Part shown: positions 1-8,711 of the stretch, piece by piece
Layout: each line of letters begins with the position of its first letter
Numbering within the stretch: position 1 is the first letter of the stretch
From: an uncultured Desulfosarcina sp.
GTDB lineage: Bacteria > Desulfobacterota > Desulfobacteria > Desulfobacterales > Desulfosarcinaceae
Assembly: GCA_963674945.2 (NCBI GenBank)
Contig: CAXXWQ010000003.1
Coordinates: 1,344,001-1,408,000, forward strand
Reading direction: 5' to 3'
DNA length: 64,000 nucleotides
The notes under the pieces: generated by a model
Seen by the model: only the letters and a program-made list of their open reading frames with translations
Databases searched by the model: none
Told to the model about the DNA's origin: nothing
Position numbers and translations under genes: made by a program

Positions 1-1108
1 CCTTTTCGGTGAAGGGTCAGGTGAATATCACATGGCCCAGTTCGAAAAAGTCTACCTCCATAATATCAAAGCCATGAATTTTCTGATGGAGGGAAGTCCG
101 GAAGCTGCGCGAGTGGAAGCCCAGAGGGCAATCAATCGTCACCAAATGATCAGAGAATATGCGCAATTTCAAGCGGCCCAGGTCGAAAAAGGAAAGGCGG
201 AGGTGAAACGGGAGGTGAGGAATCTATCCTCCCATTCGTCCAATGGCAAGGGCAAACATGATCGACTCGATCTCGATTCAAAAATCCGGGAACTCACGAA
301 AAGAGCAGCATTGTCGTCGAGTCAAAAACGAGCAATTCAAAATGTAAGAAATGCATATGAAAACTGTTACACCTATCTTCTATCAGCCCTGACGTTTGAT
401 TTGAACAAAGAATTTGAAAATATCCGCCCCCAGCTAAAAAATGCATCGAAATTAACAAAAAACCGGTATGTGCGAAAGTTATATTCCGAATACCAAAACG
501 ATTCTAATGCCATGAGCACCGAGGTGAACCTCTACGTTTTTTCAGAGGAGGACTTTGCACCGACCAAAAAGAACCTGACCATCTCCTTTGTCAATCCCAT
601 TACGGAGACATTGAACCAATTCTCATTGGCACAGATCGATCCGTCGCCGCAGACGATCTCGGCCATCGAACTAATGGATTCGAAATCGAAGCAAATAGGA
701 GAACTGGAACCATTGGCGGACCTGGACCTTTTATCCCTGAAACAATACGAGTTGGACCTTCCTGGCAATATCACGAGGGCGGCACTACGATTGGTGTCCC
801 AAGCTCTCAGGGACAAGGCCGCCCTCGATGAAGCCCAAAATACGAATGTCTCATTTTTATATAAAATCGGACTTTCCGTATTGACGATGACCACAGCACT
901 GGCGGATACAAGGGCGTGGACATTGGCGCCGAAAAAGATCTCCTTTTACTGCGGAGCCGTTCATGATGCCCGCATTCAATTACAAGTCAGGGGGGCTTCC
1001 GGAACGGTCATAAATCAAAAAGAGATTGAAATCGTGCCGGAAATGCTCAATATAATCTCTGTCAGATGCTGCAATAACAATACGTTCATCCGAAGTCAGC
1101 GCTTCTGA
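1..1108 (+). CDS. COG3014-type uncharacterised protein (probable lipoprotein), 5'-partial
   Basis: Frame is open from base 2. Motifs FEKVYLHNIKAMNFL..G..EAARVE..RA and ADTRAWTLAP resemble the COG3014 family. True start probably lies upstream of the window. Confidence 0.55.
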   Translation, partial: LFGEGSGEYHMAQFEKVYLHNIKAMNFLMEGSPEAARVEAQRAINRHQMIREYAQFQAAQVEKGKAEVKREVRNLSSHSSNGKGKHDRLDLDSKIRELTKRAALSSSQKRAIQNVRNAYENCYTYLLSALTFDLNKEFENIRPQLKNASKLTKNRYVRKLYSEYQNDSNAMSTEVNLYVFSEEDFAPTKKNLTISFVNPITETLNQFSLAQIDPSPQTISAIELMDSKSKQIGELEPLADLDLLSLKQYELDLPGNITRAALRLVSQALRDKAALDEAQNTNVSFLYKIGLSVLTMTTALADTRAWTLAPKKISFYCGAVHDARIQLQVRGASGTVINQKEIEIVPEMLNIISVRCCNNNTFIRSQRF

Positions 1109-1185
1109 GCATCGATTCTTTTTATAAAGATTCGGGTATCGTGCAAGATGTCAGCGTCGTGACAATCGGGGAGACCGACCAAATG

Positions 1186-1224
1186 GGAAAGCCCGCCGCA
1201 ACCGATACCGTGCGGCAGGCCTTC
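1186..1224 (-). terminator. Intrinsic terminator of the porin gene
   Basis: Minus strand reads GCCTGCCGCA-cggtatcggt-TGCGGCGGGC-TTTCCCATTT: a 10-bp stem with one G-U pair, about 30 nt after the stop at 1253. Confidence 0.6.
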
Positions 1225-1252
1225 ATCTCATGTTCAAAATCACATAGAAGAC

Positions 1253-1996
1253 TTAAAAGGCGTAGGAGATCCCGACGCCGCCATAGGTCGTCACATCCAA
1301 CGGACCGCCATCATCCACATCCACGAGTTTTTCATCATCTACGCTGTCGGTGTAGTTGATGAATGCCGATACGCCCAGCGCATCGGTGATGGCATACCCG
1401 ATGCTCAATGACAGATTATAATCGTAAAATCCGGCGTCGCCGTCGGCACAATACTCTTCACCGGCGTAGGCAATGGAAGCCCCTGCTTCCAGACTCAACT
1501 GTTCACTGATGTCGTAGGCGTAGGAAACGCCGAAAACCGAATAATACTCTTCTATCTCATCGATATCATAATATACGTCCAAGGCCACGGAGAATCCTGC
1601 AGGCAGTCCCATGCCTAGACTGAGGTAGACCTCCCGGGTCCCCAGCCCAACACCCGTTTCTGTCGTGGGGAACAGATACTCGATATACCCCACCCCCACA
1701 TCCACCATGCCTATTGTGCGGCCATAGGATGCGGTAAGATCGATTTCGGAAAATTCTCCCGTGTCCAGGGTATCATCATAATCATCGATGTCGAGGTTCC
1801 CCCAGACATTGATACCGAATCCCCCTTTGGTAATATCGATACTGGGCTGGGCGACCATGCCGTCATTGAAGGTCATTCCTCGCCAAACATAGGCAGAATT
1901 AAAATCCACCGCAGCCGTTACATCCGCCGCCACTGCCGGACCAGCCACACAGACCATCACCGATACGACTGCAATCAAAAGCCAAACCTGTTTCAT
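1253..1996 (-). CDS. TorF/TIGR02001-like (MipA-like) outer-membrane beta-barrel protein
   Basis: Signal peptide (AVA-A), motifs SAYVWRG, QPSIDI, EIDLTASY, C-terminal ..GISYAF, RBS AGGAG. Confidence 0.8.
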   Translation of the reverse strand: MKQVWLLIAVVSVMVCVAGPAVAADVTAAVDFNSAYVWRGMTFNDGMVAQPSIDITKGGFGINVWGNLDIDDYDDTLDTGEFSEIDLTASYGRTIGMVDVGVGYIEYLFPTTETGVGLGTREVYLSLGMGLPAGFSVALDVYYDIDEIEEYYSVFGVSYAYDISEQLSLEAGASIAYAGEEYCADGDAGFYDYNLSLSIGYAITDALGVSAFINYTDSVDDEKLVDVDDGGPLDVTTYGGVGISYAF

Positions 1997-2151
1997 CTCT
2001 TCACTCTCCTTGAAAAATTATATTGGTATGATCACTTCTTTGGTTTAACGACACCGTCTATCGCTTCGGCCGTCTGCATCAACTCAGCCCGATCACCTCC
2101 TTTTTTAAATTTCGGCCGGTAACGGTTCGTCGTTTGACGCTGACCGGAGAA

Positions 2152-2168
2152 TTACAATACGCATGCCA
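2152..2168 (-). promoter_or_regulatory. Putative sigma-54 promoter (-12 GT variant) for the porin gene
   Basis: Minus strand TGGCATGCGTATTGTA versus consensus TGGCAC-N5-TTGCW; AT-rich region upstream. Confidence 0.5.
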
Positions 2169-2387
2169 GATTCCCTATCCTGGCAAATATTAGACTTATT
2201 ATAATTATTCCGGTGTATTAGAAATTTAACAGGATGTTCCCAAGAAGTATTATCAAAATTTTTATTTCATTTATGTATTTAGAAGTCGAATTATATACAT
2301 TTATGTATCTATTGAATAAAAAATCAAGATGACGCATAAAAGGAATCCGATGGGACAGGAAAAATCATACGAAAGGAAAAACGCCTT

Positions 2388-2789
2388 ATGTCAGATAAAA
2401 ATACACATCTGTTATCAATGGGTTACATTCTTTGGATCTTCGGTTTTACCGGTTCCCACAGATTCTATTTCGGGAGGCCGATATCCGGTACCGTCTTTTT
2501 CTTTACCCTCGGATTGCTGGGTATCGGCTGGTTCATCGATCTTTTCCTCATCCCCGGCATGAACCGCCAGGCAAGGATCCGGTTCCGAAGCGGTCCGGTC
2601 GATTACTCTACGAGCTGGGTGCTGCTGACGTTTTTGGGATTCTTTGGAATACACCGCATGTACATGGGAAAGTGGTTGACCGGTCTTCTCTACCTGTTGA
2701 CGGGCGGTATCTTCGGCATCGGCTATCTATATGATTTCTGGACGTTGAATGACCAGATTACGGTGATCAACGGGTCGTATCGACAGTAA
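2388..2789 (+). CDS. TM2/NINE domain membrane protein (two TM2 repeats)
   Basis: LWIFGFTGSHRFYFG and LTFLGFFGIHRMYMGK..TG motifs. Confidence 0.85.
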   Translation: MSDKNTHLLSMGYILWIFGFTGSHRFYFGRPISGTVFFFTLGLLGIGWFIDLFLIPGMNRQARIRFRSGPVDYSTSWVLLTFLGFFGIHRMYMGKWLTGLLYLLTGGIFGIGYLYDFWTLNDQITVINGSYRQ

Positions 2790-2815
2790 ATATGGGAAGA
2801 GCAGGAAATCAATAC

Positions 2816-3391
2816 ATGAATGACACACTTGCCCGATGTCCGTGGCCTGGCCAGGATCCCCTGATGGTTCAATACCACGATACCGAATGGGGCGTACCGG
2901 TCCATGACGATTGCAAATGGTTCGAATTTATTGTACTGGACGCTTTTCAGGCAGGTCTATCCTGGCGTACCGTTCTTCACAAGCGCAAGGCTTTTAGAAA
3001 GGTTTTTTACGATTTCGTTCCCCGACGGGTGGCTTCCATGAACGAGTCGGCCATGGCAGATGCGATGACCAGTTCCTCCATTATTCGCAACCGGCTAAAG
3101 ATTCGTGCCGCCGTCACAAACGCCCGGGCGTTCTTGCAACTACAGGAGCGGCACGGTTCCTTCGATGCTTTCATTTGGCAATTCACCGATGGCAGGACGA
3201 TACAGAACCGATGGTCCACACCCGCCGCGGTCCCGGCCAAAACACCGCTGTCCGACACCGTCAGCAAAACACTCAAAGCAGAGGGATTCAGCTTCGTGGG
3301 AAGCACTATCTGCTACTCCTTTCTTCAGGCCGCCGGTGTGGTCAACGATCATTTGACGACTTGCTTTCGACATGGGCAATTGGGAGGATAG
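2816..3391 (+). CDS. tag: DNA-3-methyladenine glycosylase I
   Basis: RCPW, YHDTEWGVP, FQAGLSW, IIRNRLKI, FSFVGSTICYSFLQAAGVVNDH...C. Start may be 2792. Confidence 0.95.
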   Translation: MNDTLARCPWPGQDPLMVQYHDTEWGVPVHDDCKWFEFIVLDAFQAGLSWRTVLHKRKAFRKVFYDFVPRRVASMNESAMADAMTSSSIIRNRLKIRAAVTNARAFLQLQERHGSFDAFIWQFTDGRTIQNRWSTPAAVPAKTPLSDTVSKTLKAEGFSFVGSTICYSFLQAAGVVNDHLTTCFRHGQLGG

Positions 3392-3526
3392 GCAATCCGA
3401 ACGGACGAAATGATTTGTTGTCGTCTTGCATTTACATTTTTCGTTTCCCGCTTACTTTGGTAATGACTTCCTTTGTCCGCACGGAGCAGGGGAACGTCGA
3501 AGTCTGTCTATAAACAGGAGGTACCA

Positions 3527-3910
3527 ATGCCGAATACCGCTTCGACGATTGATAATCTGACGAAAGTATCCCTGACCATTCACGCCGAGGGGATGGCAGA
3601 TGACCGCACAAGAAAAAAAAGCTTCACTTTTATATACGGGATCGGGCCTTCGGGAATTACGCCGTTCGAGAAAGCCTTGTTCGGTAAAAAAGTGGGAGAC
3701 AGTATCGTCTATGATCTATCCCCAGCCGATTTTTCTGAAACAATCGGCCACCTCGAATTTCCTTTTCGTGAACAGACCGGCATGACAGCCCCTGGTTCCC
3801 TCCGTGTCGTCGTCGAAGGCATCGTACGGGCACCGGATCGGGAAGTCGTCAAAGCCATGGCTTCCGGCGGTAGCTGCAGCGATTGCGGTTGTGGTTGCGG
3901 TGGGCATTGA
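3527..3910 (+). CDS. SlyD/FKBP-like small protein with Cys/Gly-rich C-terminal tail
   Basis: RBS GGAGGT before ATG 3527. FTFIYGIGPSGITPFEKALFGKKVGD resembles the SlyD FKBP segment. Ends GGSCSDCGCGCGGH. Confidence 0.6.
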   Translation: MPNTASTIDNLTKVSLTIHAEGMADDRTRKKSFTFIYGIGPSGITPFEKALFGKKVGDSIVYDLSPADFSETIGHLEFPFREQTGMTAPGSLRVVVEGIVRAPDREVVKAMASGGSCSDCGCGCGGH

Positions 3911-4176
3911 TCCCCATTCCCAAACAGTGACGGCTCCGCCCGAAATCTGGCTTATTACGGGTACACCATATCGGTGTCTTAATGAAAAACGCCCGGCTTG
4001 CGCATTATTTCCCGCGGTTATGTGAGTACAAACCGATCCTTTGCTTTGTCCGTACAAATATGAATTTGAAGCGATGACGCAATTCGCATCGGCAGGGCAC
4101 GGTCTCGTTATATACTTGATTTGTTTTCCGGATACTACTATACATACAGGGGATTTACCATAATCCGGAGACATTT

Positions 4177-5643
4177 ATGTATCGTGAAAATTACATTACG
4201 GCGCTTCGCACCGAATTGCTGGAGATGGTTTCCGAACAATTGACACCAGTGGCCATGCGGTATGGCTATAGCGAAGTGCCATTGGAGGCCAATATCAAAT
4301 GGCGTCCCCAGGTTCTGGTGCTGGGTAACTATTCATCGGGGAAATCCACACTGATCAATGAGTTTTTGGAAGCCAGGATTCAGGGAACCGGCCAGGCGCC
4401 GACGGACGATTCTTTCACCATCATCACGCACGACGATTCGGAACCCGAGGGTGCACCCATCCGCGTAACGGATGAACGGGACGGGAAATTTCTCTTAAAT
4501 GATCCCGAGTACCCATTTGAAACCCTCAAAAAACATGGGCAGCGATTCGCATCCCACTTCAAATTCAAGAAAGTCAATTCGCCATTTTTAAAGAATTTGG
4601 CCATTATCGATACGCCGGGTATGCTCGACAGCATCACCGAACGTGACAGAGGCTACAATTACCAGGATGTCATCGGTGATCTGGCACAAATTGCAGATCT
4701 TGTTCTTGTTTTGTTCGACCCACACAAGGCGGGTACGGTTCGGGAGGCCCATACCAGCTTGCGGGACACCCTGCCGGCCAAAACCTTCGAAGACCGGGTG
4801 TTGTATGTACTCAATCGGATCGATGAATGCACCTCCATGACGGATTTGCTCCGCGTCTACGGCACGCTGTGTTGGAATCTGTCCCAGATCACCGGCCGCA
4901 AAGACATTCCGATGATTCATCTTACCTACTCCAATGCCGCCGCCGAAAGATCGGGAAGCCTCAAGGATCCCCAGACCGCTTACCTTCAATATCTGGAAAA
5001 TCAGAGAGAAGAGCTGAAAAAAGCCGTGCTCCAGGCACCATGTCATCGCCTTGACAATCTGGCGTCATTCGTCGAGACCCATGGTGAACGGCTCACCCAT
5101 TTTCTGGAAGGCATGATCAGTTTTGGAAAAAAGGCGCGCATTTTCAAGGCAAAGTCATTCCTCGCCGGTCTGTTGACATCGGTACTGGGCGGTATCGCCG
5201 GCTGGCTGGGGATCATGACGTTCACGCCCGTAGGCGGGCTCGACCCAACGCTGCAACTGGTCGGTGTCGGCGCACTCAGTCTGATAATCTTGATTATATG
5301 GACCACTTTCATTCACAAATACCTCTATTCCCCTTTTGTGAAAAGGTGGCTAACGAAGCTGGACAAGCTGACACCATTGCCCACGCAGACACGCCGTGAC
5401 AGTTGGGCGACCATTCGGGACTTGGTCCATGCCAATATAGAAAGCAGCAGTGGGCAGGTTTCACTGGGCCAGCTGTCGACAGAGTATGCCGTCGTCAAAG
5501 AGATCCACGAAAAGGGATCACGAGAAATTCGAGAGGCGTTGAAAGACCTTGCCAACCTCACGATGGACGACGATATGTCGAAGGCCGACGACCATGGCCC
5601 GATCCCATACTGGGCCAACACGGAAGCGGCTTTCGACAGATAA
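4177..5643 (+). CDS. Dynamin-superfamily (EHD-like) NTPase with two C-terminal transmembrane helices
   Basis: G1 GNYSSGKS, G2 PTDDSF, G3 IIDTPG, G4-like VLNRID. RGYNY, LFDPHK and LLRVYGTLCWNL motifs. Hydrophobic hairpin near aa 327-380. Confidence 0.85.
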   Translation: MYRENYITALRTELLEMVSEQLTPVAMRYGYSEVPLEANIKWRPQVLVLGNYSSGKSTLINEFLEARIQGTGQAPTDDSFTIITHDDSEPEGAPIRVTDERDGKFLLNDPEYPFETLKKHGQRFASHFKFKKVNSPFLKNLAIIDTPGMLDSITERDRGYNYQDVIGDLAQIADLVLVLFDPHKAGTVREAHTSLRDTLPAKTFEDRVLYVLNRIDECTSMTDLLRVYGTLCWNLSQITGRKDIPMIHLTYSNAAAERSGSLKDPQTAYLQYLENQREELKKAVLQAPCHRLDNLASFVETHGERLTHFLEGMISFGKKARIFKAKSFLAGLLTSVLGGIAGWLGIMTFTPVGGLDPTLQLVGVGALSLIILIIWTTFIHKYLYSPFVKRWLTKLDKLTPLPTQTRRDSWATIRDLVHANIESSSGQVSLGQLSTEYAVVKEIHEKGSREIREALKDLANLTMDDDMSKADDHGPIPYWANTEAAFDR

Positions 5644-5877
5644 GCAACCATCCTTTTCCTTGACCTGCCCCTATCCTATAGTATGATTGAAGCGGGGCGC
5701 CATCAAATGTGGCGGCTCGTAAAACGCTTTTCCAGCCAAATACGGCCAGACAAACTCATACAAGAAACTCGTTGATATTTTCTTTGCCGATAGGCGAAAA
5801 CGAGGAAAAAGCGTTTAAAAAAAGTCGATCCCCGATCCATAGGAACCAATACGCCATCGCATCCATAAGGGGAATCC

Positions 5878-6726
5878 ATGGCTGAGAACACACCCCACCC
5901 GATCATTCCGGACCTGCGCGGAGACGATCTTCACCATCTCGAAGACCTGGAAAAAAGCCAGTTGAATTTATTCATGGCCGGCAATCAGTTCATGGTAATG
6001 AAAGCCTTGGTGGATCTGTTCAAAAAGCAGTACCCGGATATTCAAAACGTCTATTATCAGACCCTTCCGCCGGGACTCCAGCTCAAACAGATATTGTCCG
6101 GAGGCGCCCGGTTTCAAGGGCGCATCATCGCTGTCCGGCCGGATATCTATTCATCGGTCAACAAAACGGCCATGGATCGGCTTTGCGAAGCCGGCCTGAT
6201 TGAACCCGATGGATTTCGCCTTTATCTGCACAACCGGCTGGTGCTGATGACCCCCTCCGGAAATCCGGCCGGAATCGAATCGGTGGTGGACCTTGGAAGA
6301 GATCGCGTGCGTATCTCCCAACCGGATCCCGTTCATGAGGACATCGCATACCATATCATGGATATGTATGAGCAAGCGGGGGGAGATGGGCTGCGGCGGC
6401 GTATCATGGAAGAGAAAAGAGCCGAGGGTACGACCATCATGACCGTGGTCCACCATCGGGAAACGCCACTGCGACTGGAAAAGAAAACAGTCGATGTGGG
6501 ACCGGTTTGGTCCACGGAGGCCGTTTATGCCAGGTCGAAAAACATGCCCGTGGAAGTCATTGAACCCGGCGAGGATCTGGATCAGCGGGTGAAAATTAAC
6601 TACTACATCAGTCAAATGACCCAATCCCCCAATGAGAAGAACGCAACGCGGTTTATGCGGTTCATTGATTCCGAACCGGCAAAGGCCATTTATGAAAAAC
6701 ATGGGTTTATCCCTCATGTTGGGTAA
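5878..6726 (+). CDS. ModA-like (molybdate/oxyanion) substrate-binding-fold protein, no signal peptide
   Basis: NRLVLMTPSGNPAGIESVVDL, DVGPVWSTEA, A..F..FI.S..AKAIYEKHGF are typical of ModA-like proteins. In-frame TAA at 5866-5868 prevents N-terminal extension. Confidence 0.7.
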   Translation: MAENTPHPIIPDLRGDDLHHLEDLEKSQLNLFMAGNQFMVMKALVDLFKKQYPDIQNVYYQTLPPGLQLKQILSGGARFQGRIIAVRPDIYSSVNKTAMDRLCEAGLIEPDGFRLYLHNRLVLMTPSGNPAGIESVVDLGRDRVRISQPDPVHEDIAYHIMDMYEQAGGDGLRRRIMEEKRAEGTTIMTVVHHRETPLRLEKKTVDVGPVWSTEAVYARSKNMPVEVIEPGEDLDQRVKINYYISQMTQSPNEKNATRFMRFIDSEPAKAIYEKHGFIPHVG

Positions 6727-6766
6727 ACCATGCATCGTTTCCCGCTAATTCACAAAAGGGGGCAAA

Positions 6767-8002
6767 ATGAAACCATTTCATCCGGAACAAGCGTTGTGTG
6801 AAACCCGAAGGGAATTCGGCGAACACGGCGGTGTGACGCCATCCATATCCAGATCGTCCACCTTCACCGTTCTCGACCCTGAAATCATGCCCGAAATATT
6901 CGGAGGGATCAGAGGGCCGGAAAAAGGCGGTTGTTTTCTCTACAGCCGGCATTTCAATCCCACCGTGGACATTTTGTCCCGCTATCTGGCGGCCATGGAA
7001 GGAACCGAACATGCCGTATGCACGGCCAGCGGTATGTCCGCCATCAGCTGCACCCTGATGCAGCTATGTAAAAAAGGGGACCATATCGTGGCCAGCGATA
7101 CCATGTACGGCGGGACCCATGCGCTTCTGGCCGAGTTGTTGCCGCAATTCGGCATTACCACCACCTTCGTCGACCCCACGGCGACATCTGCCTGGGAAAA
7201 GGCCATCACCGGCGACACCCGTGTACTGTTTACCGAAACTTTCGGAAACCCGACGCTGAAAGTCGCCGACATCCCCGAACTCTCCAAGCTGGCCAATGCC
7301 AGAGGACTTACCATGGTTGTGGACAACACGTTCACCCCCATGGTGGTCTCACCGGCACGTTTGGGGGCGGATGTGGTGGTTTACTCCATGACAAAATACA
7401 TCAACGGCGCCAGCGACCTTGTCGCCGGTGCCATCTGTACCAACAAGGCCATGGTCCATCGGTTGATGGACCTTCATACGGGGAGGGTGATGTTGATGGG
7501 GCCGACAATGGACCCACGCATGGCCTATGACATCATCCAACGCCTGCCCCATCTGGCGATCCGCATGCGGGAGCACGGCCGCCGTGCCATGGCCGTTTGC
7601 AGCCGCCTCAAAGAGCTTGGTGTTCCGGTGGTCTATCCGGGACTGAAATCCTTTTCGCAGCACCATTTGGCCACTTCGTTGATCAATGAGGGCTATGGAT
7701 ACGGAGGGATGTTCACCATCGACTGCAAAACACGCGAGAAGGCCGACGACTTTCTGGACGCGCTTCAAAACCAGGAGGATTTCGGGTATATCGCCGTATC
7801 ACTGGGTTATTTCGATACGTTGATGTCCTGTTCCGGTTCGACCACCTCGTCTGAAATCAGCGTCGAGGATCAACGGAAAATAGGGCTGTCACCCGGGCTC
7901 GTCCGATTTTCCATTGGATACACGGGAAACCTGGAAAAACGGATGGAGCAGATGGAACGGGCAGTCCATGCCGTCGGCCTGGCAGGGTCGCATTCGCCTT
8001 GA
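6767..8002 (+). CDS. Methionine gamma-lyase-like PLP enzyme (Cys/Met metabolism family)
   Basis: YSRHFNPT, SGMSAI, YGGT, DNTF, SMTK (PLP lysine), AVSLG, GLVRFSIG. Confidence 0.85.
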   Translation: MKPFHPEQALCETRREFGEHGGVTPSISRSSTFTVLDPEIMPEIFGGIRGPEKGGCFLYSRHFNPTVDILSRYLAAMEGTEHAVCTASGMSAISCTLMQLCKKGDHIVASDTMYGGTHALLAELLPQFGITTTFVDPTATSAWEKAITGDTRVLFTETFGNPTLKVADIPELSKLANARGLTMVVDNTFTPMVVSPARLGADVVVYSMTKYINGASDLVAGAICTNKAMVHRLMDLHTGRVMLMGPTMDPRMAYDIIQRLPHLAIRMREHGRRAMAVCSRLKELGVPVVYPGLKSFSQHHLATSLINEGYGYGGMFTIDCKTREKADDFLDALQNQEDFGYIAVSLGYFDTLMSCSGSTTSSEISVEDQRKIGLSPGLVRFSIGYTGNLEKRMEQMERAVHAVGLAGSHSP

Positions 8003-8100
8003 ACGACCACAATGCCCTTGCACCCGGTGAATTCAAAACGCCGCACTGGCTTTGATCGCGGGTGAAACCGCCTTGACACGTTCTTTCCGGGAAACAGAAA

Positions 8101-8141
8101 ACCGGACCTGAATGCCTTTTGGAGGCGATTCAAGGCCCGGT
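8101..8141. terminator. Imperfect hairpin between convergent genes, possible terminator
   Basis: ACCGGACCTGAATGCC...GGCGATTCAAGGCCCGGT. Confidence 0.35.
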
Positions 8142-8302
8142 TGTGATGGTTCTTGCCGACCGGGATCCACTATGTGGACAACCGCGATTCGGATTTGCAG
8201 CCCGCCGTCGAATCGACGGACTGGATGTGCAGTGCCGCTTTGTTACGGATACGCGGTCATTTTTTCATAAGGAGCAAACCGTTACTGCCCACCTGTTTCC
8301 TC

Positions 8303-8701
8303 TCAGGGGGAGTTCAACTGCCGAATGGGATCGTTTTCAATGGTATTGATTCTTTCCGGAAAATGTTCCACATGGGTTTTGGCCTTGGGCAATTCTTCCG
8401 GGTAGCCTTCCAGTTCATTCCACTCGTAGGCGTCTCCTTTTCTGAATCGAACTTCGAAAAACTTACCATCTCTCTTTACGACACCCATTTTTTCGGAACG
8501 ATCATAGTAGAGCACTTCCGTTTTCGGATAAGCGGCATCACCGGCATGTATGCGAACCCGGTTGCCGTTATCATTGGGTCTCTGGCCATAGGTTTTGGAT
8601 CCCTGTGCCTGTGCAAGGCCAACCCAAACCAGACAGAGCAGTCCACAGATAATGGCGGATACTGAACGATAACGGTGCCTGCCATGAATAAGTATCGACA
8701 T
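8303..8701 (-). CDS. Hypothetical exported protein at the end of the minor pilin operon
   Basis: RBS GGAGG overlaps the pilY1 stop. Signal peptide-like ..LAQA. Confidence 0.6.
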   Translation of the reverse strand: MSILIHGRHRYRSVSAIICGLLCLVWVGLAQAQGSKTYGQRPNDNGNRVRIHAGDAAYPKTEVLYYDRSEKMGVVKRDGKFFEVRFRKGDAYEWNELEGYPEELPKAKTHVEHFPERINTIENDPIRQLNSP

Positions 8702-8711
8702 CGTAAACCTC

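Noticed and set aside
2091..2103. Match to the 16S rRNA 3' end as an rRNA fragment
   Set aside because: Only 13 nt match and there is no other rRNA sequence; better read as an SD-like box on the opposite strand.
5643..5878. Moco or SAM riboswitch before the ModA-like/MGL pair
   Set aside because: No recognisable conserved core or convincing stems.
8250..8310. Selenocysteine readthrough or frameshift at the TGA of the 132-aa ORF
   Set aside because: No Cys-equivalent context or SECIS-like hairpin recognised; a frameshift would add only about 15 residues.
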